NCBI GenBank assembly: GCA_030754655.1
Contig: JASLZX010000003.1
Location: 15,449-79,448 of the forward strand
DNA from: Candidatus Poseidoniia archaeon
Lineage (GTDB): Archaea > Thermoplasmatota > Poseidoniia > MGIII > CG-Epi1
DNA: 64,000 nt
Direction of reading: 5' to 3'
The notes under the pieces were generated by a model, which searched no databases, was not told where the DNA came from, and was given only the letters and a program-made list of their open reading frames with translations. How positions within the stretch are numbered: the stretch's first letter is position 1; each line of letters starts with the position of its first letter. Made by a program: the position numbers and the translations under genes. This document shows positions 19,416 through 28,438 of the stretch, piece after piece.

Positions 19416-20525
19416 TCAGGCCAGCTCGACCACGGTCGCGAAGTAGTAACTGTACTGGAGCGTTAGCACCCAGTCGTTGCCGTTGTCAAGGTCGAACACC
19501 AAACCAATCGAGGGGGCGTTGTGGCAGGTTACCGCTAGCGTCCAGTCACCGCCCCCCTTGCCGCTGAAGTCGCCGCCCGCCAGCAACTGCGCGTAGATGT
19601 CGGCGCCGGACTCGCCCTCCATCTCGCGCGCGGCCGGGGCTGAGTCGAGGACCGTGAAGTTGACCGAGAGGTCGCCGCTGGTCGAGCGCGCCGTCTCGCG
19701 GGCGCCCCAGGCGCTGTCGCCTCGCAGCTCGAAATCGTCGGGGAAGAGCCCCAGCGCATCCGCCGCTTCATCTTCGCTCCACTCGAGGCGGAGGGTGACG
19801 CTGGTAACGTTGTAGGGCAGCGTTTCGAGCCATTCGGTCATGTCGCCCTCCGCTGTCCAGTCCGGAACGGTCACTGTGCGGGTGGTTTCGCTGAAGCCGA
19901 CGCTGTAGTTGCGCAGCCGCACTTCGGCCCACGTTGAAGCTGTTGCCGTAAGGTTCTCGGCGTCGGTGACTACCAACGTGACCGAGTAGTTGCCGGGCGC
20001 CGAGTAGTTGTGGAACGGCCGCGCGCCCGAGCCAAGCACACCGTCGCCGAACTCCCACGCCCAGTCCAGCACGCCCTCGGGGTCGCTCGAGTTGGAGCCG
20101 TCGAACCGCAACTGCTCATGCACGCGCGCCTGTAATCCGGGACCGGCGTCCGCGGTCGGCGGCAGGTTGCGGTGCATGATTTCGACGCTGGCAGTCGCCG
20201 CGCCGGTCGCGCCATCCGGGGCGACGGCGGTCAGCCGCACTGCGTAGGTACCTTCGTCTGTGTAGGTATGGGCTGGCGCCGCACCGACAATGCCGTTGCC
20301 GTCGCCGAACTCCCAGTAATATGTCGTGCCGGACGGCTGTGAGCCAAGCAGGCTGAATTGCGCCGAGTCGCCCTCGATGATACCCTCCGGCACCACAATC
20401 TCGGCGTTCTCCAGCGTCCCCGGTCCGGCATCGAGGCAGCCGGCCATGAGCAGGAGGGCGGCAAGCAGCAGGGCAGGGCGCACGCGGGCGCAGCAGCATG
20501 GTGTTAAAGGATTGTGCGCGACCAT
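19416..20525 (-). CDS. secreted lipoprotein with two PKD domains
   Basis: Lipobox-like LLLMAGC after a hydrophobic N-terminus; WEFGDG...HTYTDEGTY and WEFGDG...HNYSAPGNY PKD signatures. Confidence 0.7.
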   Translation of the reverse strand: MVAHNPLTPCCCARVRPALLLAALLLMAGCLDAGPGTLENAEIVVPEGIIEGDSAQFSLLGSQPSGTTYYWEFGDGNGIVGAAPAHTYTDEGTYAVRLTAVAPDGATGAATASVEIMHRNLPPTADAGPGLQARVHEQLRFDGSNSSDPEGVLDWAWEFGDGVLGSGARPFHNYSAPGNYSVTLVVTDAENLTATASTWAEVRLRNYSVGFSETTRTVTVPDWTAEGDMTEWLETLPYNVTSVTLRLEWSEDEAADALGLFPDDFELRGDSAWGARETARSTSGDLSVNFTVLDSAPAAREMEGESGADIYAQLLAGGDFSGKGGGDWTLAVTCHNAPSIGLVFDLDNGNDWVLTLQYSYYFATVVELA

Positions 20526-20580
20526 ACCTATTTAGCACTCCAGCGGCGGTGGCGCGTCGATTTCAATGCAGGCAGGCCAC

Positions 20581-21279
20581 ATGGCGTATGACCGCGCCAT
20601 CACCGTATTCTCGCCCGACGGGCGACTCTTTCAGGTCGAGTACGCCCGTGAGGCGGTCAAGCGCGGTACCACGACCGTCGGAATCAAGTTCAAGGATGGC
20701 GTAATTCTGATTGTCGACAAACGGCTCAGTTCCAAACTCATCGAACCCGACTCGATTGAGAAAATGTTCAAGATTGACAACCATGTCGGCTGCGCCACTT
20801 CGGGGCTGGTCGCCGACGCGCGGGCACTGGTCGACCGAGCGCGGGTCGAGTGTCAGGTTAACGCCTTCAACTACGAGGAGAAAATCCCGGTCGAGGCGCT
20901 GGTCAAGAAGCTCTGTGACTTCAAGCAGAGCTACACCCAGTACGGCGGTGTGCGGCCTTTCGGGACTGCGCTGTTGATGGCGGGCGTCGACGAGTCGGGG
21001 CCGCATCTCTACGAGACCGACCCCTCGGGCGCGATGATGGCGTACAAGGCGGGCGGCATCGGTGCCGGCCGCAACGAAGTCATGGAAGTCTTCGAGGATA
21101 ATTACAAGGAAGGAATGACGCAGGCGCAGGCAATCGCCTTGGGCCTGAAGGCGCTGGCGGCAGCTAATGAGCACAAACTCAAGTCAGAAATCATCGAGAT
21201 TGCCGTCGTTTCAGCCAAACAAGATTTCCACACCCTCGACCAGGCTGACGTGAAGAAGGCGGTCGCCAAGGCCAAGTAA
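20581..21279 (+). CDS. psmA: proteasome alpha subunit
   Basis: [30 protein letters not shown] canonical N-terminus; first gene of the exosome superoperon. Confidence 0.9.
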   Translation: MAYDRAITVFSPDGRLFQVEYAREAVKRGTTTVGIKFKDGVILIVDKRLSSKLIEPDSIEKMFKIDNHVGCATSGLVADARALVDRARVECQVNAFNYEEKIPVEALVKKLCDFKQSYTQYGGVRPFGTALLMAGVDESGPHLYETDPSGAMMAYKAGGIGAGRNEVMEVFEDNYKEGMTQAQAIALGLKALAAANEHKLKSEIIEIAVVSAKQDFHTLDQADVKKAVAKAK

Positions 21280-21971
21280 TGGTATCGCTGGACGAGGCGG
21301 TAATTGCACGCCTCGAATCCGGCGGCCACAAATTCGAAATCCTGATTGACCCCGAGGCGGCGCAGGCGTTCCGCGAAAGCGGCGAAATCGACTGGGACGA
21401 CGCACTCGCGGCAGAAGGCGTCTGGAGCGACTCGGCCAAGGGCGAGCACGCTAGTGACGAGGCGGTGCAGGAAGTCTTCGGCACGCTCGAGCTGGAAGCG
21501 GTTTGCACCGCCATCCTCGAGCGGGGCGACATCCAGCTCACCGCGGCGCAGCGCAAGGAGCTGGTCGAGCGGCGGTACAAGCAGCTGGTGGCGCACATCG
21601 CCTCGGCGGCGATGAACCCACAGACCGGCGCGCCACACCCGCCGCAGCGCATCGAAAATGCCTTGGCCGAAGCAAAGTTCGCGGTCGACCCGCTCGAAGC
21701 GCTCGAGCGGCAGGTCGAGCGCGCGGTGAAGGCGCTGCGGCCGCTGCTGCCAATCTCCTTCGAGAAGATGCGCGTCGCCGTGCGGATTCCGGCGCAGCAC
21801 GTCGGCCGCTGCTACGGCGAGATGAAGGCGCTGGCAACCATCACGCAGGAAGAATACCAATCGGACGGCAGCTGGATTGCGGTTCTCGAACTGTCGGCGG
21901 GCGCGCACGCCGACCTGCTCGAACGGCTCGGCTCGCTGACGCACGGCACCGCCGAAATCAAGCAGCTGTAG
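21279..21971 (+). CDS. SBDS/Sdo1 ribosome maturation factor homolog
   Basis: About 230 aa, conserved position between psmA and rrp4 in the archaeal exosome superoperon; ATG overlaps psmA stop. Confidence 0.8.
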   Translation: MVSLDEAVIARLESGGHKFEILIDPEAAQAFRESGEIDWDDALAAEGVWSDSAKGEHASDEAVQEVFGTLELEAVCTAILERGDIQLTAAQRKELVERRYKQLVAHIASAAMNPQTGAPHPPQRIENALAEAKFAVDPLEALERQVERAVKALRPLLPISFEKMRVAVRIPAQHVGRCYGEMKALATITQEEYQSDGSWIAVLELSAGAHADLLERLGSLTHGTAEIKQL

Positions 21972-22071
21972 CGCGAGACGCGGGCGACGGGGACGGCGCA
22001 ACAGGCCAAGCTTCAAATACCGCACGAGGTCCGCGCCGACACACGTAAGGCAAAGAAAGGAGTGATTTCTT

Positions 22072-22743
22072 ATGACAAAATCTTCATCTAAACAAGCCAG
22101 CGGCAGGTCTGTCCTGCTGCCGGGCGACAAGCTAGCAGCGGACCAGAAAGCCGGCTCCGGCACGTTCCGCCGCGACGGGGAGGCACACGCCGCCGTGCTC
22201 GGTTTTTCGAGCGAGAGTTCCGGCTACACCAACGTCCAGCCGATATCGGGGCGCTACAGCCCGCGCGTCGGCGACAAGGTCGTCGCGGTCTGTGTCGAGA
22301 CCGGCCCTTCGCTCTGGCGCATGGACATCGGCGCGTTCCAGAATTCGATGCTACACCACAGCGAAACCGACTGGAAGGTGGACTTCGGCGATACTGCCAG
22401 CTTCATCAGCATCGGTGACGCGGCGCTGGCTGAGGTATACATGGTCGACGGCAGCGGCAGCCACCAGGTCACCCTGAAGAAGGACGACTGCCGCAAGCTC
22501 TATGCCGGCACCATAGTCCATGTCGCGCCCACGTGCGTGAACCGCGTGATTGGCAAGCAGGGGTCGATGATTACACTAATTCGCGAAAAGACGGGATGCC
22601 GCATCCAGGCCGGCCAGAACGGCTTAATCTGGATAGATGGCGAACCCGATCAGATTGCCCGCGCCCAGCAGGCAGTCGAGACTATTTCCCGCGAGGCAAC
22701 TAGCAGCGGGCTGACGGAGAAAATCGAAAAACTACTGGAGTGA
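22072..22743 (+). CDS. rrp4: exosome complex RNA-binding protein Rrp4 (S1 + KH)
   Basis: S1-like N-region and KH motif VIGKQGSMI; GGAGTGA RBS 8 nt upstream. Confidence 0.85.
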   Translation: MTKSSSKQASGRSVLLPGDKLAADQKAGSGTFRRDGEAHAAVLGFSSESSGYTNVQPISGRYSPRVGDKVVAVCVETGPSLWRMDIGAFQNSMLHHSETDWKVDFGDTASFISIGDAALAEVYMVDGSGSHQVTLKKDDCRKLYAGTIVHVAPTCVNRVIGKQGSMITLIREKTGCRIQAGQNGLIWIDGEPDQIARAQQAVETISREATSSGLTEKIEKLLE

Positions 22744-22747
22744 AAAC

Positions 22748-23473
22748 ATGGCAGGCGGAAACAGCGATATCGAATTTATCAAGAAGGGCAAGCGACTTGA
22801 CGGTCGTAAGCCAGACGAGCTGCGCGAAGTGCGCATTGAAGCCGGCGTGCTGAACCGCGCCGACGGGTCATGCTACCTGGAGTGGGGCAACAACAAAGTG
22901 TACGCTGGGGTCTTCGGTCCTATAGAGTGCCACCCGCGCCACAAGCAGCAGCAGGACCGCGCCATCGTACAGGCGCGCTACACCATGGCGCCTTTCAGCG
23001 TCAACGACCGCAAGCGGCCCGGCTACGACCGCCGCTCGAGCGAAATTTCCTACATTGTCTCGCAGGCGCTGGAGCGCGTCGTGATGGTCGAGCAGTTCCC
23101 GCGTGCCGCCATCCGGGTGGACATGCAGGTCGTCGAGGCGCACGCCGGCACCCGCTGCGCGGCGCTGACAGCGGCATCAGTCGCGCTAGCTGACGCCGGC
23201 ATCCCGATGACCGATCTCATCCCGTCCTGCGCGGCAGGCAAGGTGAGCGACACCGTCGTGCTTGATCTGAACAAGGAAGAAGATAACTACGGGCAGGCGG
23301 ACCTTCCGCTAGCCATCGTGCCTTCGACGGGCGAAGTGGTGCTGCTCCAGCTGGACGGCCACTTGACGCCCGAGGAGTTCGAGCAGGCGCTCGACATGGC
23401 CTACAAGGGCTGCATGGACCTTTACGAAATCCAGCGGGCGGCACTTGCCAACCGCTATGGAGGCGGCGCATGA
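22748..23473 (+). CDS. rrp41: exosome complex exonuclease Rrp41 (RNase PH-like)
   Basis: [13 protein letters not shown]...[13 protein letters not shown] signature. Confidence 0.9.
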   Translation: MAGGNSDIEFIKKGKRLDGRKPDELREVRIEAGVLNRADGSCYLEWGNNKVYAGVFGPIECHPRHKQQQDRAIVQARYTMAPFSVNDRKRPGYDRRSSEISYIVSQALERVVMVEQFPRAAIRVDMQVVEAHAGTRCAALTAASVALADAGIPMTDLIPSCAAGKVSDTVVLDLNKEEDNYGQADLPLAIVPSTGEVVLLQLDGHLTPEEFEQALDMAYKGCMDLYEIQRAALANRYGGGA

Positions 23474-24258
23474 GCTCCGCTACCGTCGCCAACCTGATGC
23501 GCGGGCACATCGAGAAGCTCGCCGCACAGGGCAAGCGTACCGACGGACGTGGCGCCAACGAGTTCCGCGGCGTCAGCATCGAGACCGGACTCATCGGCAC
23601 CGCCGAGGGGTCTTCGCGCGTCAGCCTGGGCGATACCACGGTGATGTGCGGCGTCAAGCTACTGGTCGGCACGCCCTACCCCGATTCCCCGGGGCGCGGC
23701 AGCATGACTACCACCGCCGAACTGGCGTGTCTCGCTTCTGAGCAGTTCGAGCCCGGGCCGCCGCGTGAGCCCGCTATCGAACTGGCGCGCGTCGTCGACC
23801 GCGGCATCCGCGAGTCGCAGATGATTGACTTCGAGGGTCTCTGCATCGAGCACGGCGAAAAGGTGTGGATTGTCTTCATCGACATGCACATCCTGGACCA
23901 CGGCGGCAACCTGTTCGACTGCTGCACGCTCGCCGCGGCATCTGCGCTTGGGAACGCGAAAATCCCGAATGTCCAGCACGGTATCGCCGACAAGGACGTC
24001 GACCTACCTCTCAGTTGCTGGCCCATCTCCTGCACCTTCGCCAAACTCGGGGAGACAATCGTGCTCGACCCGAACCACGACGAGGAGACGGTGATGAACG
24101 CCCGGTTGACCGTGGCGCACGACGAAAACGGCAACCTGCGGGCGATGCAGAAGGGCTACAGCGGCGCCTTCACCCCCGACGAAATCAAGGCTTCGGTCAA
24201 AACCGCGCGCACCGCCGACAAGGCACTGCGCAAGGCGCTGAAAGAGGCCACGAAATGA
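23470..24258 (+). CDS. rrp42: exosome complex protein Rrp42
   Basis: Second RNase-PH-like subunit directly downstream of rrp41, overlapping start. Confidence 0.85.
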   Translation: MSSATVANLMRGHIEKLAAQGKRTDGRGANEFRGVSIETGLIGTAEGSSRVSLGDTTVMCGVKLLVGTPYPDSPGRGSMTTTAELACLASEQFEPGPPREPAIELARVVDRGIRESQMIDFEGLCIEHGEKVWIVFIDMHILDHGGNLFDCCTLAAASALGNAKIPNVQHGIADKDVDLPLSCWPISCTFAKLGETIVLDPNHDEETVMNARLTVAHDENGNLRAMQKGYSGAFTPDEIKASVKTARTADKALRKALKEATK

Positions 24259-24485
24259 GTCAGAGAACCCGCAAGGTTGGCAGCACCGGCCGCTTCGGCC
24301 CGCGCTACGGCGTCTCCGTCAGGCGACGCATCGGTTCCGTTGAGACAAAGCAGCGCAAGTGGCACGCCTGCCCCGAGTGTACCAAGCCGCGCGTGCGGCG
24401 TGTCTCGACCGGCATCTACCGCTGCCGCAGCTGCGGACTTGAGTTCGCCAGCGGCGCCTACTACCCGACCCCGGTGGAGAAGTAA
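24255..24485 (+). CDS. rpl37ae: 50S ribosomal protein L37ae
   Basis: [19 protein letters not shown]...CPEC...CRSCG zinc-ribbon; ATGA overlap with rrp42. Confidence 0.9.
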   Translation: MSQRTRKVGSTGRFGPRYGVSVRRRIGSVETKQRKWHACPECTKPRVRRVSTGIYRCRSCGLEFASGAYYPTPVEK

Positions 24486-24625
24486 TGGTCAACTACAAAT
24501 GCTCGGTCTGCGGCACTTCGCTCGAGATGGACCTTGAGACGCTCGGGCTGACCTGTCGCAAGTGCGGCAACAAGATTTTCTACAAGAAGCGCCCTTCGAC
24601 CAAGAAGACTGTCCTGTCGGACTGA
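24485..24625 (+). CDS. rpoP: DNA-directed RNA polymerase subunit P (Rpo12)
   Basis: 46-aa MVNYKCSVCG...CRKCGNKIFYKK zinc-ribbon protein; below ORF-track size cutoff; TAATG overlap. Confidence 0.8.
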   Translation: MVNYKCSVCGTSLEMDLETLGLTCRKCGNKIFYKKRPSTKKTVLSD

Positions 24626-24855
24626 TGCGCGCTTCGCTCGACCTGCGCACCGGCCCTCGCACGGCGGCGGTCGCAGCTGCGCTCGCTCCCGAAGTCGAGG
24701 AGGGCGTCCCCAAAGTCAAGCTGGAGATGAGCAGCGCTGGCGAACGGCTGCGGCTCGAGATCGAGGCCGGAGACATGGTGAGCCTGCGCGCCGCGCTCAA
24801 TTCTTTTTTAGGCTGGGCCGCTTGCGCGCAGCAGGTGGCTGAAGATGGCGACTGA
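24625..24855 (+). CDS. pcc1: KEOPS complex subunit Pcc1
   Basis: 76 aa; C-terminal SLRAALNSFLGWAACAQQV matches the Pcc1 pattern (SALRGTVNSYLRWIKAA); TGATG overlap with rpoP. Confidence 0.6.
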   Translation: MRASLDLRTGPRTAAVAAALAPEVEEGVPKVKLEMSSAGERLRLEIEAGDMVSLRAALNSFLGWAACAQQVAEDGD

Positions 24856-25228
24856 CGCGATTCCCGACGACGTGCAGCAGCAACTGGAGCAGTTCGAGCA
24901 GCTGCGGCAGCAGGCGCAGGCGCTGGCGCAGCAGCAGTCGCAGGTCGAGATGGCGGTGCGCGAGACCGAGCGCACGCTGGAGGAGCTGGACGAGGTCGCG
25001 GCCGATACGCCGCTCTACCGCGCCAGCGGCGCCATCATGGTGCGCGTCGACGACCTAAAGAAGCTGAAGAGCGACCTGAAGGAAGAACTGGAGAGACTCG
25101 AGCTGCGCACGAAAACGCTCAAAACACAGATTGACAAATTGAATACCCAGTTGCAGGAGATGCAGACCCGGCTGACACCAGTGCTGCAGCGGCTGCAGGG
25201 GCCGGGTGGTCCCGGTGCCGGGTCCTGA
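24845..25228 (+). CDS. pfdB: prefoldin beta subunit
   Basis: Coiled-coil QQLEQFEQLRQQ...LEEL...hairpin...LKTQIDKL architecture, 127 aa. Confidence 0.8.
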   Translation: MATDAIPDDVQQQLEQFEQLRQQAQALAQQQSQVEMAVRETERTLEELDEVAADTPLYRASGAIMVRVDDLKKLKSDLKEELERLELRTKTLKTQIDKLNTQLQEMQTRLTPVLQRLQGPGGPGAGS

Positions 25229-26177
25229 CCCCGCCGCGCTGGAGGCGGCGCTCGCGCGCGAGCTGCTGCTGCTGGTCCACCACCACGGTGACGCCGACTC
25301 GGTCGGCTGCACCATCGCGCTCGCGGCGGCGTTCCCGGGCGCGCGTATCTCCGCCACCGACGGGCTGAGCGCCGCTGGCAAGGTGATGGCGGAGCGGCTC
25401 GAGGTCGAAATCGAGGCGCGACCGCCCGCGAGCTGGGACGGCACGGTCGTCGTGGTAGACACGTCCAATCCGGAACACTGCGCGCCGCTGCCGGAGTGCA
25501 ACAGCGTCGTGGTAATCGACCATCACCAGACTGCGGGCGAATGGCCTGCAGGGACGTTGCTAATACACGAGCCGGAGGCGAAAAGCACCGCCGAAATCGT
25601 GACTCGCCTGATTCCGGAGCTGGGCATCGAGCTGACGCCGCAAATGGCGTTGCCGCTACTCGCCGGCGTCTACGCCGATACCGGCCACTTCCGCCACGCG
25701 AGTTCCGACAGCTTCGCGGTGGCGCACACGCTCGCCGCTGCCGGCGGGGAACCCCGCCAAGCGATGGTCCTGCTCGACCGCGTGCGGCCACAGCAGCAGC
25801 GCACGATGTTCCTGAAGGCGGCGCAGCGGCTCAAGTTTTCTCAGGAGGGTAAGTGGCTGCTGGCGACGACCCGCACCGGCTCGTTCGAGTCGGGGACGGC
25901 GCGGCTGATGGTCGCGCTTGGCGCCGACGTCGCGCTCGCCGCTTCGGGCAACAAGAAGGGGCAAGTCCGGATTTCGAGCCGCGCGTCGAGCGCGGCCATC
26001 GAGGCAGGGCTGAACCTGGCGGAGTTGCTCGAGGCACTCGCCGACGAGCAGGACGGCTCGGCGGGCGGGCATCCGGGGGCGGCCGGCTTCCAGGCGCAGG
26101 GCGACCCCGACGCGCTGCTGGCGATGGCACAGCAGGGGTGCGTCGCACAGCTGAAATCGCTAGCCGAAGGCGCTTAA
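25206..26177 (+). CDS. DHH/DHHA1 phosphoesterase (NrnA-like)
   Basis: LLLLVHHHGDADSVGC and VVIDHHQ motifs of the DHH family; C-terminal GGGH DHHA1 motif. Confidence 0.7.
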   Translation: MVPVPGPDPAALEAALARELLLLVHHHGDADSVGCTIALAAAFPGARISATDGLSAAGKVMAERLEVEIEARPPASWDGTVVVVDTSNPEHCAPLPECNSVVVIDHHQTAGEWPAGTLLIHEPEAKSTAEIVTRLIPELGIELTPQMALPLLAGVYADTGHFRHASSDSFAVAHTLAAAGGEPRQAMVLLDRVRPQQQRTMFLKAAQRLKFSQEGKWLLATTRTGSFESGTARLMVALGADVALAASGNKKGQVRISSRASSAAIEAGLNLAELLEALADEQDGSAGGHPGAAGFQAQGDPDALLAMAQQGCVAQLKSLAEGA

Positions 26178-26198
26178 CCGGGGGGCAACTGGCGCAGG

Positions 26199-27431
26199 GT
26201 GCTGTCACGAGGGCTCTTCCGCATCTACGGTCTTGTGCTGGGCAACCTGCTGCTGCTGATGGGGGGGCAGCTGGCGTATCTCTACTTTGTCCCGCTCGAG
26301 CAGGACGGGACGCCGCTGCTGCTGCCCGCGGTGCCGCTGCTGCCCTTCTTCATGCTCATCATGCTCTGCTCGGGCGGGCTCATCGTCGGAGCACTGTTGC
26401 AGAAGATGCCGCGGCCGCTGCTCTTCATCCCGTCGCGGAAGAGCGGGGGGCTACCGCCCTTCCGCGGCTACTTCCTGCCGGGGCAGGGCGAGCGCTACTA
26501 TCACCGTGAACTACCCGAGGACGACCTGCCGTTGCCGGAGATGGAAGAGGAACTGGTGGAGCCGCCCCGGATTCAACCGGTCCCGAGCCAGCCGCTCGAA
26601 CTGCCGGCGGCCAAGTGGCTGCTACTCGGCTTCCTGATGGCGATTGCACTGGGGGTCGCGGTGCTCGCTGAGAAGGGCGAATTCCTGCTGCTTTTCCCGC
26701 TGGCGTTCGTCGCCGCCTTCTCGTTCCCAGCGTTACTCTGGGTGAGCTACATCTACCGTCGCACGCACAGCGAGCCCGAGCCGCAGCGGTTGGTGCTGAT
26801 TGCGCTCTCGTGGGGCATGTTCGCGACGCTGCCAGCGAGCCTGCTGAACGATGCCGGCGGGCGGCTGCTGGGGGCAGACCCTATGCTGATGCTCGAGGGC
26901 GGCACGGTCGGCCGGGCCGAAATCCTGCTGGTGACGGTAGTCGCGCCACTGGTCGAGGAGGCACTGAAACCGCTCGGCCTGCTGTTCGTGATGAGCCGGT
27001 TGCGGACGCCGTACGAGGGGGTGCTCTACGGCGCCGCGTGCGGGATGGGGTTCGCGATGATGGAGAACATGCTCTACGACCTGCTGGTGCTGATATGGTA
27101 TGGAGCTGACGCCTGGACCATCAACGCCTTCGCGCGCGGCGTCGGCTCGACCGTGCTGCACGCGGTCGGCCCGGCGCTGGTCGGCTTCGCGCTGGCGCTG
27201 TCGCAGAACGGCGACTGGCCGGCGGAGCGGGTCGTGCCAGCCGCCTATCTTGGCGGCGTCATCGTCCACGGCGCCTGGAACGGCGCCGCGACGCTGCCGT
27301 TCATTTTTCCCGACGACCCGCAGATGGCGACCAATTCGTGGGTCGCGCTGGGGCTGGTGCTAGTCGCCTGCCTGCTGCTGATGCGCGAGCTGCTCCGCCG
27401 CGGGCTGGCGTACGACGAGCCGCAGCCTTAA
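26199..27431 (+). CDS. PrsW-family intramembrane protease-like protein
   Basis: Polytopic; EEALKP (EExxK), FAMME (FxxxE) and HGAWN (HxxxN) motifs in TM regions as in PrsW/CAAX-protease-like families. Confidence 0.55.
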   Translation: MLSRGLFRIYGLVLGNLLLLMGGQLAYLYFVPLEQDGTPLLLPAVPLLPFFMLIMLCSGGLIVGALLQKMPRPLLFIPSRKSGGLPPFRGYFLPGQGERYYHRELPEDDLPLPEMEEELVEPPRIQPVPSQPLELPAAKWLLLGFLMAIALGVAVLAEKGEFLLLFPLAFVAAFSFPALLWVSYIYRRTHSEPEPQRLVLIALSWGMFATLPASLLNDAGGRLLGADPMLMLEGGTVGRAEILLVTVVAPLVEEALKPLGLLFVMSRLRTPYEGVLYGAACGMGFAMMENMLYDLLVLIWYGADAWTINAFARGVGSTVLHAVGPALVGFALALSQNGDWPAERVVPAAYLGGVIVHGAWNGAATLPFIFPDDPQMATNSWVALGLVLVACLLLMRELLRRGLAYDEPQP

Positions 27432-27454
27432 CCCTGATATAGTGCCGGCAAATG

Positions 27455-27573
27455 CAGCCGCACCCGCCTTAGCTCAGACTGGCTAGAGCGGCCGGCTGTA
27501 GGGGTTAAACCTGAAGTCCCGTGAGAACGGGAGGCCGCAGATACCGGCAGGTCCCCGGTTCAAATCCGGGAGG
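27455..27573 (+). tRNA. tRNA-Tyr(GTA) with 41-nt canonical BHB intron (27494..27534) and encoded CCA
   Basis: Acceptor CCCGCCT/AGGCGGG (C1-G72, A73), D-stem GCTC/GAGC, anticodon stem GCCGG/CCGGC, loop CU-GUA-G|intron|A, T-arm CCCGG-TTCAAAT-CCGGG; intron forms 3-nt bulge/4-bp helix/3-nt bulge with cleavage sites at 37/38. Confidence 0.8.
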
Positions 27574-27575
27574 CG

Positions 27576-27586
27576 GGACCAGTTCT
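27576..27586. terminator. T-rich tract (TCTATTTTTAT) immediately 3' of tRNA-Tyr
   Basis: Archaeal terminators are oligo-T; located between the tRNA and the convergent SDR gene. Confidence 0.3.
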
Positions 27587-27609
27587 ATTTTTATAGCGGT
27601 CGTCGAGAA

Positions 27610-28344
27610 CTATTCGGCTGTCACGCCGCCATCGACCGCAACGATGGAACCGGTGGTCCAGCCCGCTTCCGAGCCGCAGAGGTGCAGCGCCATCGCGGCG
27701 ATTTCTGCCGGCTGGCCCATGCGCCCCATCGGCTGTACGCTCTCCATCTCTTCCCGGTCTTCGGTCCCGGCGTCAATGCGGTCGGTCGCCATCGGCGTCT
27801 CGACCACCGCGGGGCAGATGCAGTTGACACGCACGCGCGGCGCCAGCTCAAGCGCCATCGCGCGCGTCAGGTTCACGAGCCCGCCCTTAGCGGCGCAGTA
27901 GGCGGCCGCGTCGGGGATGCCGCGCAGGCCGAGCGTCGAGCCGATGTTCAGGATGCAGCCGCCGTCCGGCACCAGCGGCAGCAGCGCCCGCGATACGAGC
28001 CACGGCCCCTTCAGGTTGGTGTCGACAACCGTGTCCCAGTCCGCTTCGCTGGTCGTCGTGGCAGAGCCCGGCAGGAACAGCCCAGCGTTGTTGACGACTA
28101 TATCGACCCGCTCGAACTCCGCTTCGAGCCATTTCGCCAGCGCCGCGACGCTGTCGCTGTCAGAGACGTCGGCGACCATCCACTGCGCCCCGCAGGCGGC
28201 CACGGTTTCGCGCAGTGGCGCGTCGCGCCGGCCGCAGATGGCGACGCGCGCGCCTTCCGCGGCGAACCGCTCGGCGATGGCGCGGCCGATGCCGGTGCCG
28301 CCGCCGGTCACGAGCGCGACCTTGCCGTCGAGCGTTCCGCCCAT
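27610..28344 (-). CDS. short-chain dehydrogenase/reductase (SDR)
   Basis: GKVALVTGGGTGIGRAIA Rossmann motif, NAG and YxxxK regions; start trimmed to MGGTLDG. Confidence 0.8.
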   Translation of the reverse strand: MGGTLDGKVALVTGGGTGIGRAIAERFAAEGARVAICGRRDAPLRETVAACGAQWMVADVSDSDSVAALAKWLEAEFERVDIVVNNAGLFLPGSATTTSEADWDTVVDTNLKGPWLVSRALLPLVPDGGCILNIGSTLGLRGIPDAAAYCAAKGGLVNLTRAMALELAPRVRVNCICPAVVETPMATDRIDAGTEDREEMESVQPMGRMGQPAEIAAMALHLCGSEAGWTTGSIVAVDGGVTAE

Positions 28345-28438
28345 GCTGCGCCAGCGCGCCCTGCCATAAAGGCGGCGCGGCGAACTCGCCGCACCGCCGT
28401 GCGGGACAAGGTTAATCCCCGGCGCAGGCTGGCGGAGT

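Noticed and set aside
25015-25791. 258-aa minus-strand ORF antisense to the pfdB/DHH genes
   Set aside because: Arg/Pro/Ser-rich shadow ORF.
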